Source of the DNA: the human T2T-CHM13v2.0 reference genome, Homo sapiens | Strand: one strand, 5' to 3' | Assembly: GCF_009914755.1 (NCBI RefSeq) | Contig: NC_060927.1 | Length of the DNA stretch: 64,000 nucleotides | In this document: in pieces, positions 37,940-50,432 of the stretch | Layout: each line of letters starts with the position of its first letter | Position numbering within the stretch: the first letter of the stretch is position 1 | The notes under the pieces: generated by a model | Databases searched by the model: none | Told to the model about the DNA's origin: nothing | Seen by the model: the letters and a program-made list of their open reading frames with translations, nothing else | Translations under genes and position numbers: made by a program

Positions 37940-38186
37940 TAGTTAATCATTATATTTTTTAGTAGCACAGCTTTTCTTTCTAACATTATCTCACTCAGAA
38001 GCTCCATGTATAAAATAGACATGAGTCACTGAGAAAGTTGGAGCAGGAGAAGAAGGGAGCTTAATGCCACCAGCCAGTCCTCCTCAACCTTCTCCCTGCC
38101 ACACACCTTGCCCACTCCCCACCGTACAGCCCCTGTAAGATCTCCTGGGAACCCTAGGTCTCCTAGAAACAATTTTAAAACCACTG
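37940..38186. mobile_element. hAT-Charlie MITE (MER102/MER112-like)
   Basis: Ends ggaaccctaggtctcctagaaacaattttaaaaccactg, a Charlie-type terminal inverted repeat (TIR). Confidence 0.5.
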
Positions 38187-38529
38187 TTCTAGGATTTAGC
38201 AAGAAATCGTTTGCCACTTTGCTTACCACATCTTACATTTACTGTCTACTGTTAAGGAAGCAGTATTAGCCAATCTCCTTTTACAGAATGTCTTGTACTT
38301 TTGCCCCCATTAATGTTCATCTAGGAGATATACACACCATTCCAAAACAGCTTAATTTACTAGGGTTGCAATTTCAATTTTACATTTGTATATTTTAACA
38401 TGTACCATTATCCATGTACATATTCATAACCTGTACCATTATGGGGAAAATCTCAGTAATAAGCCAGGATTTATACAGACTATTATGAAGACATTTGTTT
38501 CAGAAGAAGTACGGTTAGCAAGATGCTGG

Positions 38530-39215
38530 TAATATAAATAATTAAAAAGTAAAAAGTGATAATATCCACTATTATAAAGGGTGGAGAGAAATGTAGATTC
38601 TCACATGTGGTTGGAAATAATGTATATTGATAAAGCCTTTTTGGAGGACAACTGGAAGTAGGTATCAAGATTTAAATGTACATTCTATTTAATCCAGCAA
38701 TACCATTTCTAGATATCTACCTTCAAAAATGTTCATATAAATACACAAATATATGCATGTAATGCATGTAATATGCATGTAATGATGTGCACTGCAGTGT
38801 TGTTAATAATAAAAGACTGAAACAAACCTGAATGTCCATCAGCAGGAAGCAGGCTCAGTGAATGATTTACATATGTCCTAGGCAGAAGTTTTAAAAGTGA
38901 ATGTACAGATATAGAAAGATGTTTAAAATGTATTACTAAAGAGAAAGTAAGTAGCAGCATGTTAAGAAAAAATATAATAGTAAATGCACAATATAATTTT
39001 AAATTTATGCACCTATATGTATGTGTGTGTATGTGTATGTATATGTGTGTAAAATATAAATTCTGGAAGGATACAGACAAACAGTTAACAGGGATTACTT
39101 TTGGGGAAGGATGTGTCATTGGTTTGCAGAGGTCATACATTTACTTTTAACTCTACATACTTGAGTATTATTTGAATTTATTAAAATACACATATGATAC
39201 CTTGGTAATTTTAAA
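38530..39215 (+). mobile_element. L1ME 3' region
   Basis: ctttttggaggacaactgg...ccagcaataccatttctagatatctacc...aaagactgaaacaaacctgaatgtccatcagcagg...tctggaaggatacagacaaacagttaacag. Confidence 0.8.
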
Positions 39216-40194
39216 AACGCTCTTTAAAAATGAGTCATCCTATGGCTTCCAGTGAGATGAAATGATAAGACACAGCTTCTGGAGAGAAATAACTTACAGG
39301 AACCCCATCTGAAATTCCAAATGGATTGAAGTAGGTGAAAAAAATCTGTATTTTCAAGGTGAATGGCAAGAAGCAGCTGTTGAGACAACTCAGCAATTTG
39401 AAGTAGGAGATTATAAAAGCATTGCTTATGCTTAAAAAAGTTATTTTCTTCTAAAATGTCACAAGCCAATGCCAATGATTTGATGATAATCTTAGAAATA
39501 AGGTAAGAACATTCAGTAGCTTTTAACTATTCAGTGTATTGCAAAGAGCAAAAGGACAATAAACTCAAGTCATTTGAACAAAAACAATTAGTTTGTAAAT
39601 GATACATCAAAGGAAGCTACTTAACCAGTTATCAGACACATATTTTAGGATGTAAGATAATGTCAGTGTTAAAAATTCTAGATAACTCACAAAGTAATAA
39701 TGTGCTTCTTCTAATAAATATGCCGAAGTGCATATCTCCTTTACAGCACCATATGTATGTGTTCCTGATTCCTATCAGAAATAATTGACATGCAGCAATG
39801 TATCATATTGTTATAGAAATAAACCATTTGTCACCTTATTTTCCTTATTATTTGTGATTACAATGAACAACTATTACTTAACTGTTTTCTCATCTGCAAT
39901 AATATACTAAATTTGGTATGAAATTTACTTGATAACTAGGAGGAGAGTAGTTCTAGATTCCATATTTTTGGTACTTCCTTTATGCATAGAAGTGGAAAGT
40001 AGGGTTTCTCATTTTAAGGTATTTAATATATTTGTAGAAAGCCTACTCTAGGAATGCCAAGTAACCTTTTGAACTTATACATGAATAAAAGATAGAGAAG
40101 GGCAGAGTTCAGAGGTTAGGGGGCTATAGGAACAAAAATTTTCATGGCAAAGGCAATGGAGAAGGGTCAGAATGATGAATGAATGAACAGACCT

Positions 40195-40360
40195 GCAAAC
40201 ACTTATTGCAAGGGTACAATGTGCCAAACACTGTGCTAGATACCTTGACATATATTAGATTATGTAGTCATTACACAGATTCTGTGAAGGAGGCTACTAT
40301 TTTACTGATTGAGAAGATTGGGCTGAGAAAAATTTTGTTGACATCACACAGAAATTAAAT
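40195..40360 (-). mobile_element. MIR SINE
   Basis: aatgtgccaaacactgtgctag...ctgtgaaggaggctactattttactgattgagaag. Confidence 0.6.
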
Positions 40361-40399
40361 TTAAACTTTTGGATTTTTAAAATTTTGTGATTTGAATAA

Positions 40400-41160
40400 A
40401 AACAAGAAGAAAGCAAAGTTCAGACTGTTTGGAGCATGGTGAATACAACGAAAATTTATCAAGGACAAAAGTGATAAAGTTAGAAAGGCCACTTTTTTCC
40501 CTGATTATAGAAGACCTTGAATTCCTTATAAGTTGAATAGGAAGAAGGAGTTAAAGATGACAAAAGGAAAATAACAGGGAAATCTATTTTGAAGTAGAGA
40601 GTACAAGTTAGGATTTGATCATGCAGAGTTTGAGATGCTTGTTAGAAGCACAGGGGAATTCTCTATCAGGGAGTTTCATGTTAAACCCTATATAAGATGA
40701 GAGAGGTGAAGACTGAAAATGAAGCTTTAAGAGTCATCATCATGAAGTCACATCTGGATGAAGAGAGGTCACCAAGAGAGACAGAATGGGAACTATGGAG
40801 GATGCCTGTTCTTGTAAAAAAATGAATGAAAGGGGTCACTGAAAGACACCAAAAGGAGAAGACCAAATGGAAAAGAAGTTGGATGACCCAGAAAGTTCAG
40901 GTTTTTCAGAAGGTAAGAAAACTTTCTGCACATGTATCCCAGAATTTAAAGTAAAATAAATAAAAACAGAAATAAAATAAAATATAAAAAAGAAAACTTT
41001 ATGTATGCTACCATTCAGCAGCATTGAGTACCTCAAAGAAAGAAAGGAGTGAAAAACCAAGAAAAAGCCATCGAATATAGTTAATGGTGGTTATTAAAAG
41101 CTTTCATGGGACATTTCAGTTGGAGAGAAAGTGTGTCGAGCTGTGGGGGAATGGAAAATA
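40400..41160 (-). mobile_element. Diverged L2
   Basis: catgcagagtttgagatgctt...tttaagagtcatcatca...gaggtcaccaagagagacag. Confidence 0.55.
40926..40989 (+). mobile_element. Extremely 5'-truncated L1PA 3' tip with A-rich tail
   Basis: ctgcacatgtatcccagaatttaaagta plus A-rich tail; perfect TSD aagaaaacttt (40915-40925 / 40990-41000). Confidence 0.85.
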
Positions 41161-41612
41161 GAATTCAGTATATTTTCTCACAGACCAATACAATGCAAAT
41201 TTTGAAGGACCCTAATTTGCTTATCTTAAGTCTTCAAAATATGATATTTGTGAAGAAAGAGACTAAGTTTGTTAATGACCTTCTAATAGAGAAGGTGCTC
41301 ACCTCTTGTTTTTTGGAAGTAACCAGCTCATTGAATGACATGATGATAAATTTACGACCTTGGTTGAACAAATAACTAATAAAAAAGATTTTCAGTTTGT
41401 AAAAATCTTCCTTCATTTGAGAACAACTAAATATAGGGAACAACAGAAGATTTACAATAAAAAATAAAGTAGTTGCTATGTCACTTCCATGTCTTGAGAC
41501 CTCATCAAGATAAAATTATTGTTTGCTGTCAATTTTAAGCATTATTTTACATATGAGATTAGTAATCACTGTTCTAGATAATTAACAAAATTGTCCTTCA
41601 TAAATTTTGTTT

Positions 41613-41808
41613 ATTCTCATGCCTCAGCTTTCTGAGTAGCTGAGATTACAGATGTGCACCACCATGCCTGGCTAATTTTTGTATTTTTAGTAGAGACAGG
41701 GTTTCACCATGTTGGCCAGGCTTATCTCAAACTCCTGACCTCAAGTGATCCACCTACCTTGGCCCCCAAAAGTGCTGGAATTACAGGTGTGGGCCACCAT
41801 GCCTAGCC
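41613..41808 (-). mobile_element. AluS (Sz-like) lacking its 3' end and tail
   Basis: Left arm, linker and start of right arm present; sequence stops at attctcatgcctcagc with no poly-T. Confidence 0.9.
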
Positions 41809-41809
41809 A

Positions 41810-42198
41810 CAAGTCCCTATGACTGTTAAAGGGCTTTCTCTCACCGCTGGAACCTGTTTGGTCTATAGGCAGAGCAGGCAAGAAATGCTGGGGAGTAATG
41901 TCTCCTGGAGCAGCCCTTACCCAATGACAAATGTGAGTTGGAGGATGACAATCCCAACTTTCTCACCCCTCATGTGGCATAACACTAAGTCATGTATTAT
42001 ACCATTTCCCAGAGGCACCAGCAGGACAGAATCACCCACAGTGCAAACCGGAACATTAACACACCTTTCATTATCTTTTTTACCTTTTCTGTCTCACTTC
42101 TCCACTGCCTTATTGATGTTTTCAGAGCTGAATCCTCTAAGGAGTTGCACTCAAATCTTGATCTCAGGGGCTGCCTCTGAGAAGTCCAACCTAAGACA
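41810..42198 (+). mobile_element. LTR16C-like ERVL LTR lacking its 5' part
   Basis: agggctttctc...ggagcagcccttacccaatgac...tgtctcacttctccact...ttgcactcaaatcttgatctcagggg...aacctaagaca. Confidence 0.8.
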
Positions 42199-42814
42199 CT
42201 GGCATTGTGTGAGAACATTACCATCTTTAAAGAAGATAGATAGATGAGTAGATAGATTGATCAACTGCTTGATTGATCAATCGATAGAGTAAATCCCTAC
42301 TTCTTCTCACTCTAAATCATATTATATAGTATTACTCATTCAAAAACAGACAAACAAACAAATAGCTTGGTTGGAAATCAGTTACTTCAGTTCACAATAC
42401 TTCCCCTGGTGGTTTTCAGTTCAGGTCTTATACAAAGAATCTTAGTATATATGGGAGGTTTTTCCCAGTTGGCAGTCATAGTAGGGTGTCCTTCAATGTC
42501 AGCTTCAGATTTTCTGAAAATGAGATGATGGCTGAGATTTTGGAGGTGCTGCATGGGGCCTCTGAAATGAAATCTGGTTAGACATAGTTTGTATTTTAGA
42601 TCAGCCCATCCCAAATATATTCTCCAAATTTGGTGATAAACCTTACAACCTTTCTCCTCGAAGGTTTGGGTAAACTACAAAAACTAGTTATATTTATAAA
42701 GATTATGTCATAACCACTGCGTCAAAATGTTAACATACTTATTTCTAGGTGGCAAGATTATGAGTCAATCAAATATTCTTTTCACACTTGTGCAAACTTT
42801 TTTACACGGTTAAA

Positions 42815-43060
42815 GCTGAAGCAATGTAGTGTAGCTTGGACTCTAGAGACAGACTACATAGATTCAAATCTTCCACTCAGCTACTTATTAGCTGTATGAT
42901 ATTGAGAAAATTGCTTATCACTTCTGTTTCTTATCTGTGAAACAGAAACAATGTTACCTATTTCATAGTATTGTTATAAATATTAAATAAGACATAAATA
43001 TAAATAATGCTTAAAACAAGACCTGACATTCAATACATTGTCTTTTGGCTACTATTTTTA
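42815..43060 (+). mobile_element. MIR SINE
   Basis: ggactctagagacagactacatagattcaaatc...cttattagctgtatga...tttcttatctgtgaaa. Confidence 0.8.
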
Positions 43061-44004
43061 TTTCATTATCAAGTAAGGGCAATTAAAAATCAACTAGAGT
43101 GCTAGAAAAGATATTTATTCTGGTTAATTAGCAAAATTACCCTTGAGAAAACAAATGGCCAGTTTGTTATATTTTACCCAGAATGGGATCTTCCCCAACC
43201 CTGCCTCTGCCTATATAAAAACATTAAAGGGTGCACATATTTAACTGTCTCTTGATTAACGTGCTTTTAACTATTTAATGTTTATTTAGGTTGCCCTAGG
43301 ATGTATTAAGACTTTTTAAAAAAATTTAACTAATGGGAGAATGAAAGCTCCCCCTCAAAGTGACAGAATGGAGAACTCTTAGTGGCACTAGCATAATCCT
43401 TGGGAGGTTGGCATCGGTGGAGTAGGAGACTGAGGCTTAGTCTGATCTTTGTAATCTGTGAAATTCAATTCAACGAGAGGTTCCACATTGAAGGAAAGGA
43501 AAGCCAGTGCTGCTCAGCTGGGCACTGGCTGAATAAGCACCATTCCCCCGCTCATGACTCTAGCCACTTGCTCTGTCGTTCCCCCACCCCTGTTTGGAAC
43601 ACGGGGGCAGGTGCAAGTAGATGCCAGGAAAGCTGTGGAGTTTGGGCCATTATCTAGTAACGCTAGCTCTGCCAGGCAGAAAGAATTTTGTCCCTAAGAT
43701 GCGTAGCCAAGAGCAGTGATGAGAAACATTTTTTATTTTTTCGGTTTTTACCATAATAGCCAATTTGGGGAAAATAAAAGTGTGAAGGGCTGCAATTTTT
43801 TATATCTTGTGTTCAGGAAATGCTGCACTTGCAATTACATTTAAGTATTCATTTATTGTTTCTCATTACCAAAGGGTTTCACTCTTTTTGCCTAAAATTT
43901 CAGAAACTTTATAACTACAGTATCTCATTCTAATGTTTTGCCTTAAAATAAATTTTGTGTATGATGAGACCTGATGGTGTTATGGGGCAGAGACTTTGGG
44001 AGAC

Positions 44005-44305
44005 TTAGAGGTGGTGTGGCCAAAGGGATAATGGTGAATCTCTAGCCAAATCCAAACTCTGCTGCCTAGTGGATGGGCAAGACATAACCCCCTAACTGGT
44101 AGTGAATTGTGCAGTGGAAGCACGCTGGGCCCATAACCTTATTGGGCCTCAGCTTCCTTATTATAAAAAGGCAGTAATACCAGTACCTTCCTTATAGTGT
44201 GGTTGCAACCATTCAATTAGATAATATGAGTTAGTCGTGTAGTACAGAGTCTGGCACACATTGAATATTCCCTGAGTTGCTATCATTGTTGTTGTTGTTA
44301 TTATT
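44005..44305 (+). mobile_element. MIR SINE
   Basis: gggcctcagcttccttattataaaaaggcagtaataccagtaccttccttatag...gtctggcacaca. Confidence 0.7.
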
Positions 44306-44625
44306 AAGGAAGTCTAGTGAAAGAAATTGGCACCAGAATTCAGCTGTAGACCAAGTATGACAGTCCTGTTTGGAAGTTTCTGCAGTAAAGAGAGGAGCTA
44401 TCATTTGTAGGGAATGTCTTGGGGATCACAGAAAATGATCCAAATATGTGCCATGGCTGCTGGCATGAAAAGGGTTAAATGAAAAAAGTTAGTGAATGAC
44501 AAATTAGTCTACCCCATCTCCACCCCACTGTTCCCCTCTCAATCTGTATAATTGCAAGATTGGAAAACTTTTGTTGCAACACTTCCCCAAAAGGAGAGTG
44601 GTGATGGTGAATTGGGTAGAATGGA

Positions 44626-45084
44626 TATTTTAGTTTGAGTTTCTGCAAAAGCACATATTGAGACCAGGATTTGAGTGCAAGTAGTTTTCTTGGAAGACGA
44701 TCCTGGAAGCACCGGTGAGGAATGGGGACATGAGACAGGGAAGGGAAGAAAGCCAAAAAGAAGTAGATTAATTGGCAAGATACCACCATTGGCAACTGGG
44801 GCACCTAAGATTTTTAGGAAACTGTGGGCGACATGCTCCAACAGTAAATCCATCCGGCAAGTGTTCAGGCTGGATAATTATACCCCCAATCCAATTGGTC
44901 ACTGGCCAAAAGCTGCTCCTGGGGGTGTTAATTCCCTGGGACTGCATGCAGACCTAGCATGTGCCTACAGCTGAAGAAAGTCTTCTTGCAAATTAATGAA
45001 TGCTGACATTAGAAAGCCATCATTGTATACAGAAATGGTGAGAACAAGAGAGATACGGGTGGGCAACCAACAGCTTCTAATACA
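44626..45084 (-). mobile_element. LTR33/LTR16-family ERVL solo LTR
   Basis: tgagaccaggatttgagtgcaagtagttt...gatcctggaagcaccggtgaggaatggggacatgagacagggaagggaagaaagcc. Confidence 0.85.
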
Positions 45085-45149
45085 ATAAGGAGACCCTTCA
45101 ATCATTTTTCCTAGATCTGTGAATGACCCCATTCTGTATAATTTAATTA

Positions 45150-46148
45150 TTCTTATTAATTTTTTATTAAGCACCTGCAGTGTATAAGGCTCTGAATTAT
45201 ATAGGCACTTGGTATGTATTTGTTGGTGAAGTAGACACGACTGCTTCCCTCACAAAATTTACAATTAGTTGGAGACGGGAGAAAGACAAAGAAGTGAGAA
45301 ATATAAATAAATACATATATATGCATATATGCATGTACATATTTTTACAGTTGTAATTTCTATGAAGAAAATGAATATTGTGCAGAGAAGTAAAATAAGA
45401 ATTAGTGGGAGTGGAGAGGATCAAATAATACATACTCAGAATGAACATCGCTTAGAATGTTCTAAGCAAAGAGAAAAGCATGGGCATGGCCTTTAGAGAG
45501 AAAAGACTGGAATCTGGGGGAATAAAGAGAGGCTCCTAAGTGGAGCGGGGAGTGACATGAGACACCAAAGAGGCAGGGATGCAATCCCAGTAGGTATCAG
45601 GTAATGGTAAAAGTCTTGAGAGGAAATTAGGAAGGTTAAGGGATAAAGAGAGAAGCTGTACTATTTTAGATCAGCTGGTTGGGGGAAAACCTTGCTGGTG
45701 AAATGAAATTTGAGTGCAGACCTGAAAGAATTAGGAGAGGGAGAGCCTCAAAGATGTCTGAGGGGTATATTCCAGGGAGAGCAAAGGACAAGAGCAGAGG
45801 CCTGAAATCTGAGATTGGGGAGAGTCTGAGAACCAGCAAAGAAACCAGTTTTGCTGGATTGGAATGAGGAAGAGGAGAGCTGCAGGAGATGAAGCTGAAA
45901 AAGGAGGCAGAGGCTGGATCCTGTAGGGTGCTGTGGGTTCATAGGAGGAAACTGGATTTGATGTTGAGTGAAATGGGAAGGCATTGGAAAGGAGCCATAC
46001 AATTTGTTTGTAAAAGATCTTGCTTGTGGCTAATGAAAGTAAATTCACTTAAGGGGTGAAGTCAAGAAGGTCAGTAAGGAGGTGGCTGCAGCCGTCCAAG
46101 GAAAAGATGGTGGTGGGTTGGCCCAGGGTGGAGGCAGCAGAGAGGGAA
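45150..46148 (-). mobile_element. L2 fragments
   Basis: ttattaagcacctgcagtgt...; aaatttgagtgcagacctgaaag...; gatggtggtgggttggcccagggtggaggcagcagag. Confidence 0.75.
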
Positions 46149-46351
46149 GGCATGGTATATAGCATGCCATGCGTGGTCTTCCATGCCCCACTTCCAATGG
46201 TGCATCTATAGTCCAGTCCTGTTCATTAGTTTTTCCATCACTTTTCTCAGTGATGTTGAGTAGTGTTGGACAGTCTAGGGACCAACTTTAATATTTTAAG
46301 TTTCTTGTTCCTGATTTTGGTTCATGGGCACCCCTTGGACCCACTAGGTTT

Positions 46352-46651
46352 TTTGTTTTTTGGGTTGTTTTGTTTTGTTTGAGATGGAGTCTCACTCTGT
46401 TACCCAGGCTGGAGAGCAGTGGTGCAATCTCAGCTCACTGCAACCTCTGCCTCCCTAGTTAAAGTGATTCTCCATGCCTCAGCCTCCCAAGTAGCTGAGA
46501 TTACAGGCAGCCACCATCACACTAAGCTAATTTTTGTATTTTTAGTAGAGATGGGGTTTCACCATGTTGGCAAGGCTGGTCTTGAACTCCTGACCTCAGG
46601 TGATCTGCCCACCTCAGCCTTCCAAAGTGAGGGGGTTACAGGTGGAGCCAC
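46352..46651 (-). mobile_element. AluSx-like, lacking about 10 nt at the 5' end
   Basis: Full dimer; TSD ccactaggttt/ccactagattt overlaps the Alu 'ccac'. Confidence 0.93.
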
Positions 46652-47039
46652 TAGATTTCCATCACCGTGTCAGCAGTCAAAACACAAGAAGACAACCAGC
46701 GGATTTGACTTGAATGATGAATCTACACAATTCCATTGAGATGTGTTTGGGAACATATTTCTGAAGACCAGAAAGCAATAAGAAATTTATGAAGTAGATA
46801 ATAATCCCACTACATGGAATATGATTTTAAACAAGTCATTGCCCAAATCGGTAGGGGTCCATTCAGGAAACAAGAGCTCATGCCAGGTGGTTCAATTACA
46901 AAAAGTTAATGTAGACAATTAGCTACACAGGGTTTGGATGATTTGGAAAGGGTCCTTAAGGCAATCTGAAGACGAGCAAGGGAGGGAAGACACCCCTAAG
47001 GGTAGAGCAAGGATTGACAAAGAAAATCTGTTGAGTAGA

Positions 47040-47553
47040 ACTGGCTGGCCCCCTACCTGTTTGTATATGGCCCACAGGTGAAGAATGGCTTTTACACTTT
47101 TAAAGGTTTATGTGTATATGCATATATATAATTTTTTTTTGAGACAGTCTTGCTCTGTCACCCAGGCTGGAGGGCAATGGTGCAATCTGGACTTACTGCA
47201 ATCTCCACCTCCTGGGTTCAAGTGATTCTCGTGCCTCAGCCTCCCGAGTAGTTGGGAGTACAGGCACACACCACCATGCCCGGCTAATTTTTGTATTTTT
47301 ACTAGAGACGTGGTTTCACCATGTTGGCCATGCTGTTCTCGAACTCCTGATCTCAAGTGATCTGCCTCCCTCGGCCTCCCGAAGTACTGGGATTACAGGC
47401 ATGAACCACCATGCCCGGCCTAAATGTGTATGATTTAAATGCTACATAAGTACTTACAAAATACTATCCTCAATTTTGCCTTTTGACTCATAAAGCCTAA
47501 AGTGTTTACTCTCTTGCCCTTTTTTGTTTTTTTCAAAAATGTATTGACTCCTA
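47040..47553. mobile_element. MER58B split by Alu
   Basis: cctgtttgtatatggcccacaggtgaagaatggcttttacacttttaaaggtt ... ctcaattttgccttttgactcataaagcctaaagtgtttactctcttgcccttt. Confidence 0.75.
47132..47420 (-). mobile_element. AluSz-like
   Basis: gagacagtcttgctctgtcacccaggctgg...ctcaagtgatctgcctccctcggcctccc...atgcccggcc. Confidence 0.95.
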
Positions 47554-48958
47554 GGCAAGAGGCACGATAAGAGGAAGTGGTCTTGTTAGAGCCCAAGGTG
47601 GAACCTGTCTATCAGAAGCTGAGAATATGGTGAGAGGAGGCGTCTAGTGAGTTCAGGAACCAAGGAAGAGATGCAGCTACTATGAAAGATGTTCACCAAA
47701 GCAACAAGAGAAAGGAGTGAAATCCCCTAGATTTTCCCTTGCTCTAACCCTCCAGTCTCCCACCAGAGCTTCCTAATGGCTGAATGTAACTGGAAGCCAG
47801 TTGGACAGGATCAGGCCCCTGACTGAGATCCAGAGCACAGGAGGAGTAGGGCATGGGATCAGAACAACCAGATGATGACTACCACAGAAACCCTTGCTGA
47901 ACCTCAGTTTCCTACAAAATGAGAAAGCTGGATTTAAGGCTTCCTAAGAGAGAGTTAGACCTCTAATTCTACGAAAATACAGAGGAACAGTAGAACTTGA
48001 CCTTGGCCAGGAACCTGGTAGTGCCCCAGCCACTGCTGCTCCAGGGAGAACAGAGGGAAATGTAAAGACTCAAAGCATTAATTTATATAAGACTCTTTGA
48101 ACCTCGTAGGGCTTGCTCTGAAGCTTGTTCTATTTAGGTAAGATCTGAACAGTCTTTTAAAGACCAGGATTGGGGCACTTACTGAAAATGATTGTAGGTT
48201 ATGTAATCAAGGCTGTTGTTTCTGTTGAGCTCCCATAGGGAAGTGACAAGCGGCAGAGATTAAATCATTGTATGCTGAGTGGGCCTTTTATGTAGTTCTC
48301 AGTCTCACTGTGTGTAATTTTACAGAGCAGGCATGGGGGAGTGTGGTGGGAAGAACCTCATTACCAGGGAGAAGCTTTACACCCTAGAAGAACACAAACA
48401 TTACTGTTTTCAAAGTTATAAAAATAAGTTCTAGTTTTTTCCTTACATCTGTTTTCTTTCCTAGAATAGGAAAGAGAAATAGAGAGACTGACTTTGAGTT
48501 GCCTAGAAAAGGACAAAAAAATCCAGCTGTAGTGACAGCCTCGGAATGGCAGAAGGAAACAGCCCACTCTTATCTGTATGTTATGTCATGTGCCTTGAAA
48601 ATGTGTGGTGCCTGCACCATGGTCCCATTAACCACCCTCTCTGCTTCCTTCTATTCCTGAAAGAAAGAAATGTTAGGACATGCTTTGCGTCCCCTCAAGC
48701 AGGTGGCTGGAAGTCCCACGGTATACCTTATGGGGTCAAGCTGGTGTCAACTGAGTGGTGGAGACCTGTGTTCCCTCTCCTTCCCCAACCCCAGCCCATC
48801 CCCAATAGAATGGCATTTTGTGAGCCATGAGAGGACTTAGATTCTCCAGGGCTGAGAGGTTCAAACAGAGAGGATTGGCAAGTATTCAAACTGACTCGCT
48901 AGTCAGATACTCTGGCAGCCAGAGCCGAGACATGAAACCATCAGGGCTTGGAGTGTCA

Positions 48959-49558
<600 letters not shown>

Positions 49559-49993
49559 ACCTAAAAAGAATCAGACAGAGCTTTGATTTCCAATAGACTG
49601 ATATGTTGTGTTTTAACATTGATTGATTTTTTTTTTAAATTTGGGATTACACTTTGATTTCAGCAAACAATTACCTTATTTATTATACTTAACACAATAA
49701 AAAATTTTTAGGTACCATAAAAAACAAATGGATGTTTTTATTTTTTGTTATTTTCAAATTTTCTATTATGACATACATTACTCTTAGAAAGAAAAACAAA
49801 AAACTTGAAAAGAAAGCAAATGGTAATTTAAATGTGGTAGTAATAGGTGAACAGTAGCACTTTCACACCCCCGCCAACAATGTGCTTTTGAGCATGTCCC
49901 CTTAAAAAAGGCTGAAGTGCTAGTTGCCTTCTCCACCTCAGCCAAATACAAATGAAGGTAGAGATCAAAAAGTAGGGTGGATATGTTAATTCT

Positions 49994-50133
49994 TATATAT
50001 ATATATATATATATATACGTATATATATATATACGTATATATATATACACATATATATACATATATACACATATATACATATATATACATATATATACAT
50101 ATATACATATATACATATATACATATATATATA
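49994..50133 (+). repeat. (TA)n/(TACA)n compound AT-rich microsatellite, about 140 bp
   Basis: Read directly; followed by (CAT)n at 50142-50183. Confidence 0.95.
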
Positions 50134-50189
50134 TGGCAAAGATCATCATCATCATCGTTGTCATCGATATCATTATTATCATCAAAAAA

Positions 50190-50432
50190 GGCCACTATTG
50201 ATAAGTTTACCATATACCAGGACAGTGGAAATCACATAACACATATTATACCCATCAGCGCTAACAACACCTCTATGAGATAGCTACTCTAAACTCCACT
50301 TGACAGGTGAGCAAACTATGGCTCACTGAGATTGAATGCCTTGCCCTAGGTCACATAGCTAGTAAGTGGCAAGGCCATACTTAGAATGTCTGGATCTGAC
50401 TCACATCAAAGACCATGCCCTTCACCACCATA
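50190..50432 (-). mobile_element. MIR SINE
   Basis: acaacacctctatgagatag...ttgacaggtgagcaaactatggctca...ttgccctaggtcacatagctagtaagtggc. Confidence 0.85.

Larger units (their letters stand above)
46845..47886 (-). mobile_element. Old ERVL-type LTR (LTR41-like), interrupted by MER58B and Alu
   Basis: ggggtccattcaggaaacaagagc...; ccctccagtctcccaccagagcttcctaatggctgaatgtaactggaagccag. Confidence 0.5.

Noticed and set aside
41819-42247. 142-aa ORF
   Set aside because: It lies within an LTR16-type LTR and has no recognisable domain
49784-50213. ORFs of 74-133 aa rich in Y/I
   Set aside because: Translations of the (TA)n and (CAT)n microsatellites
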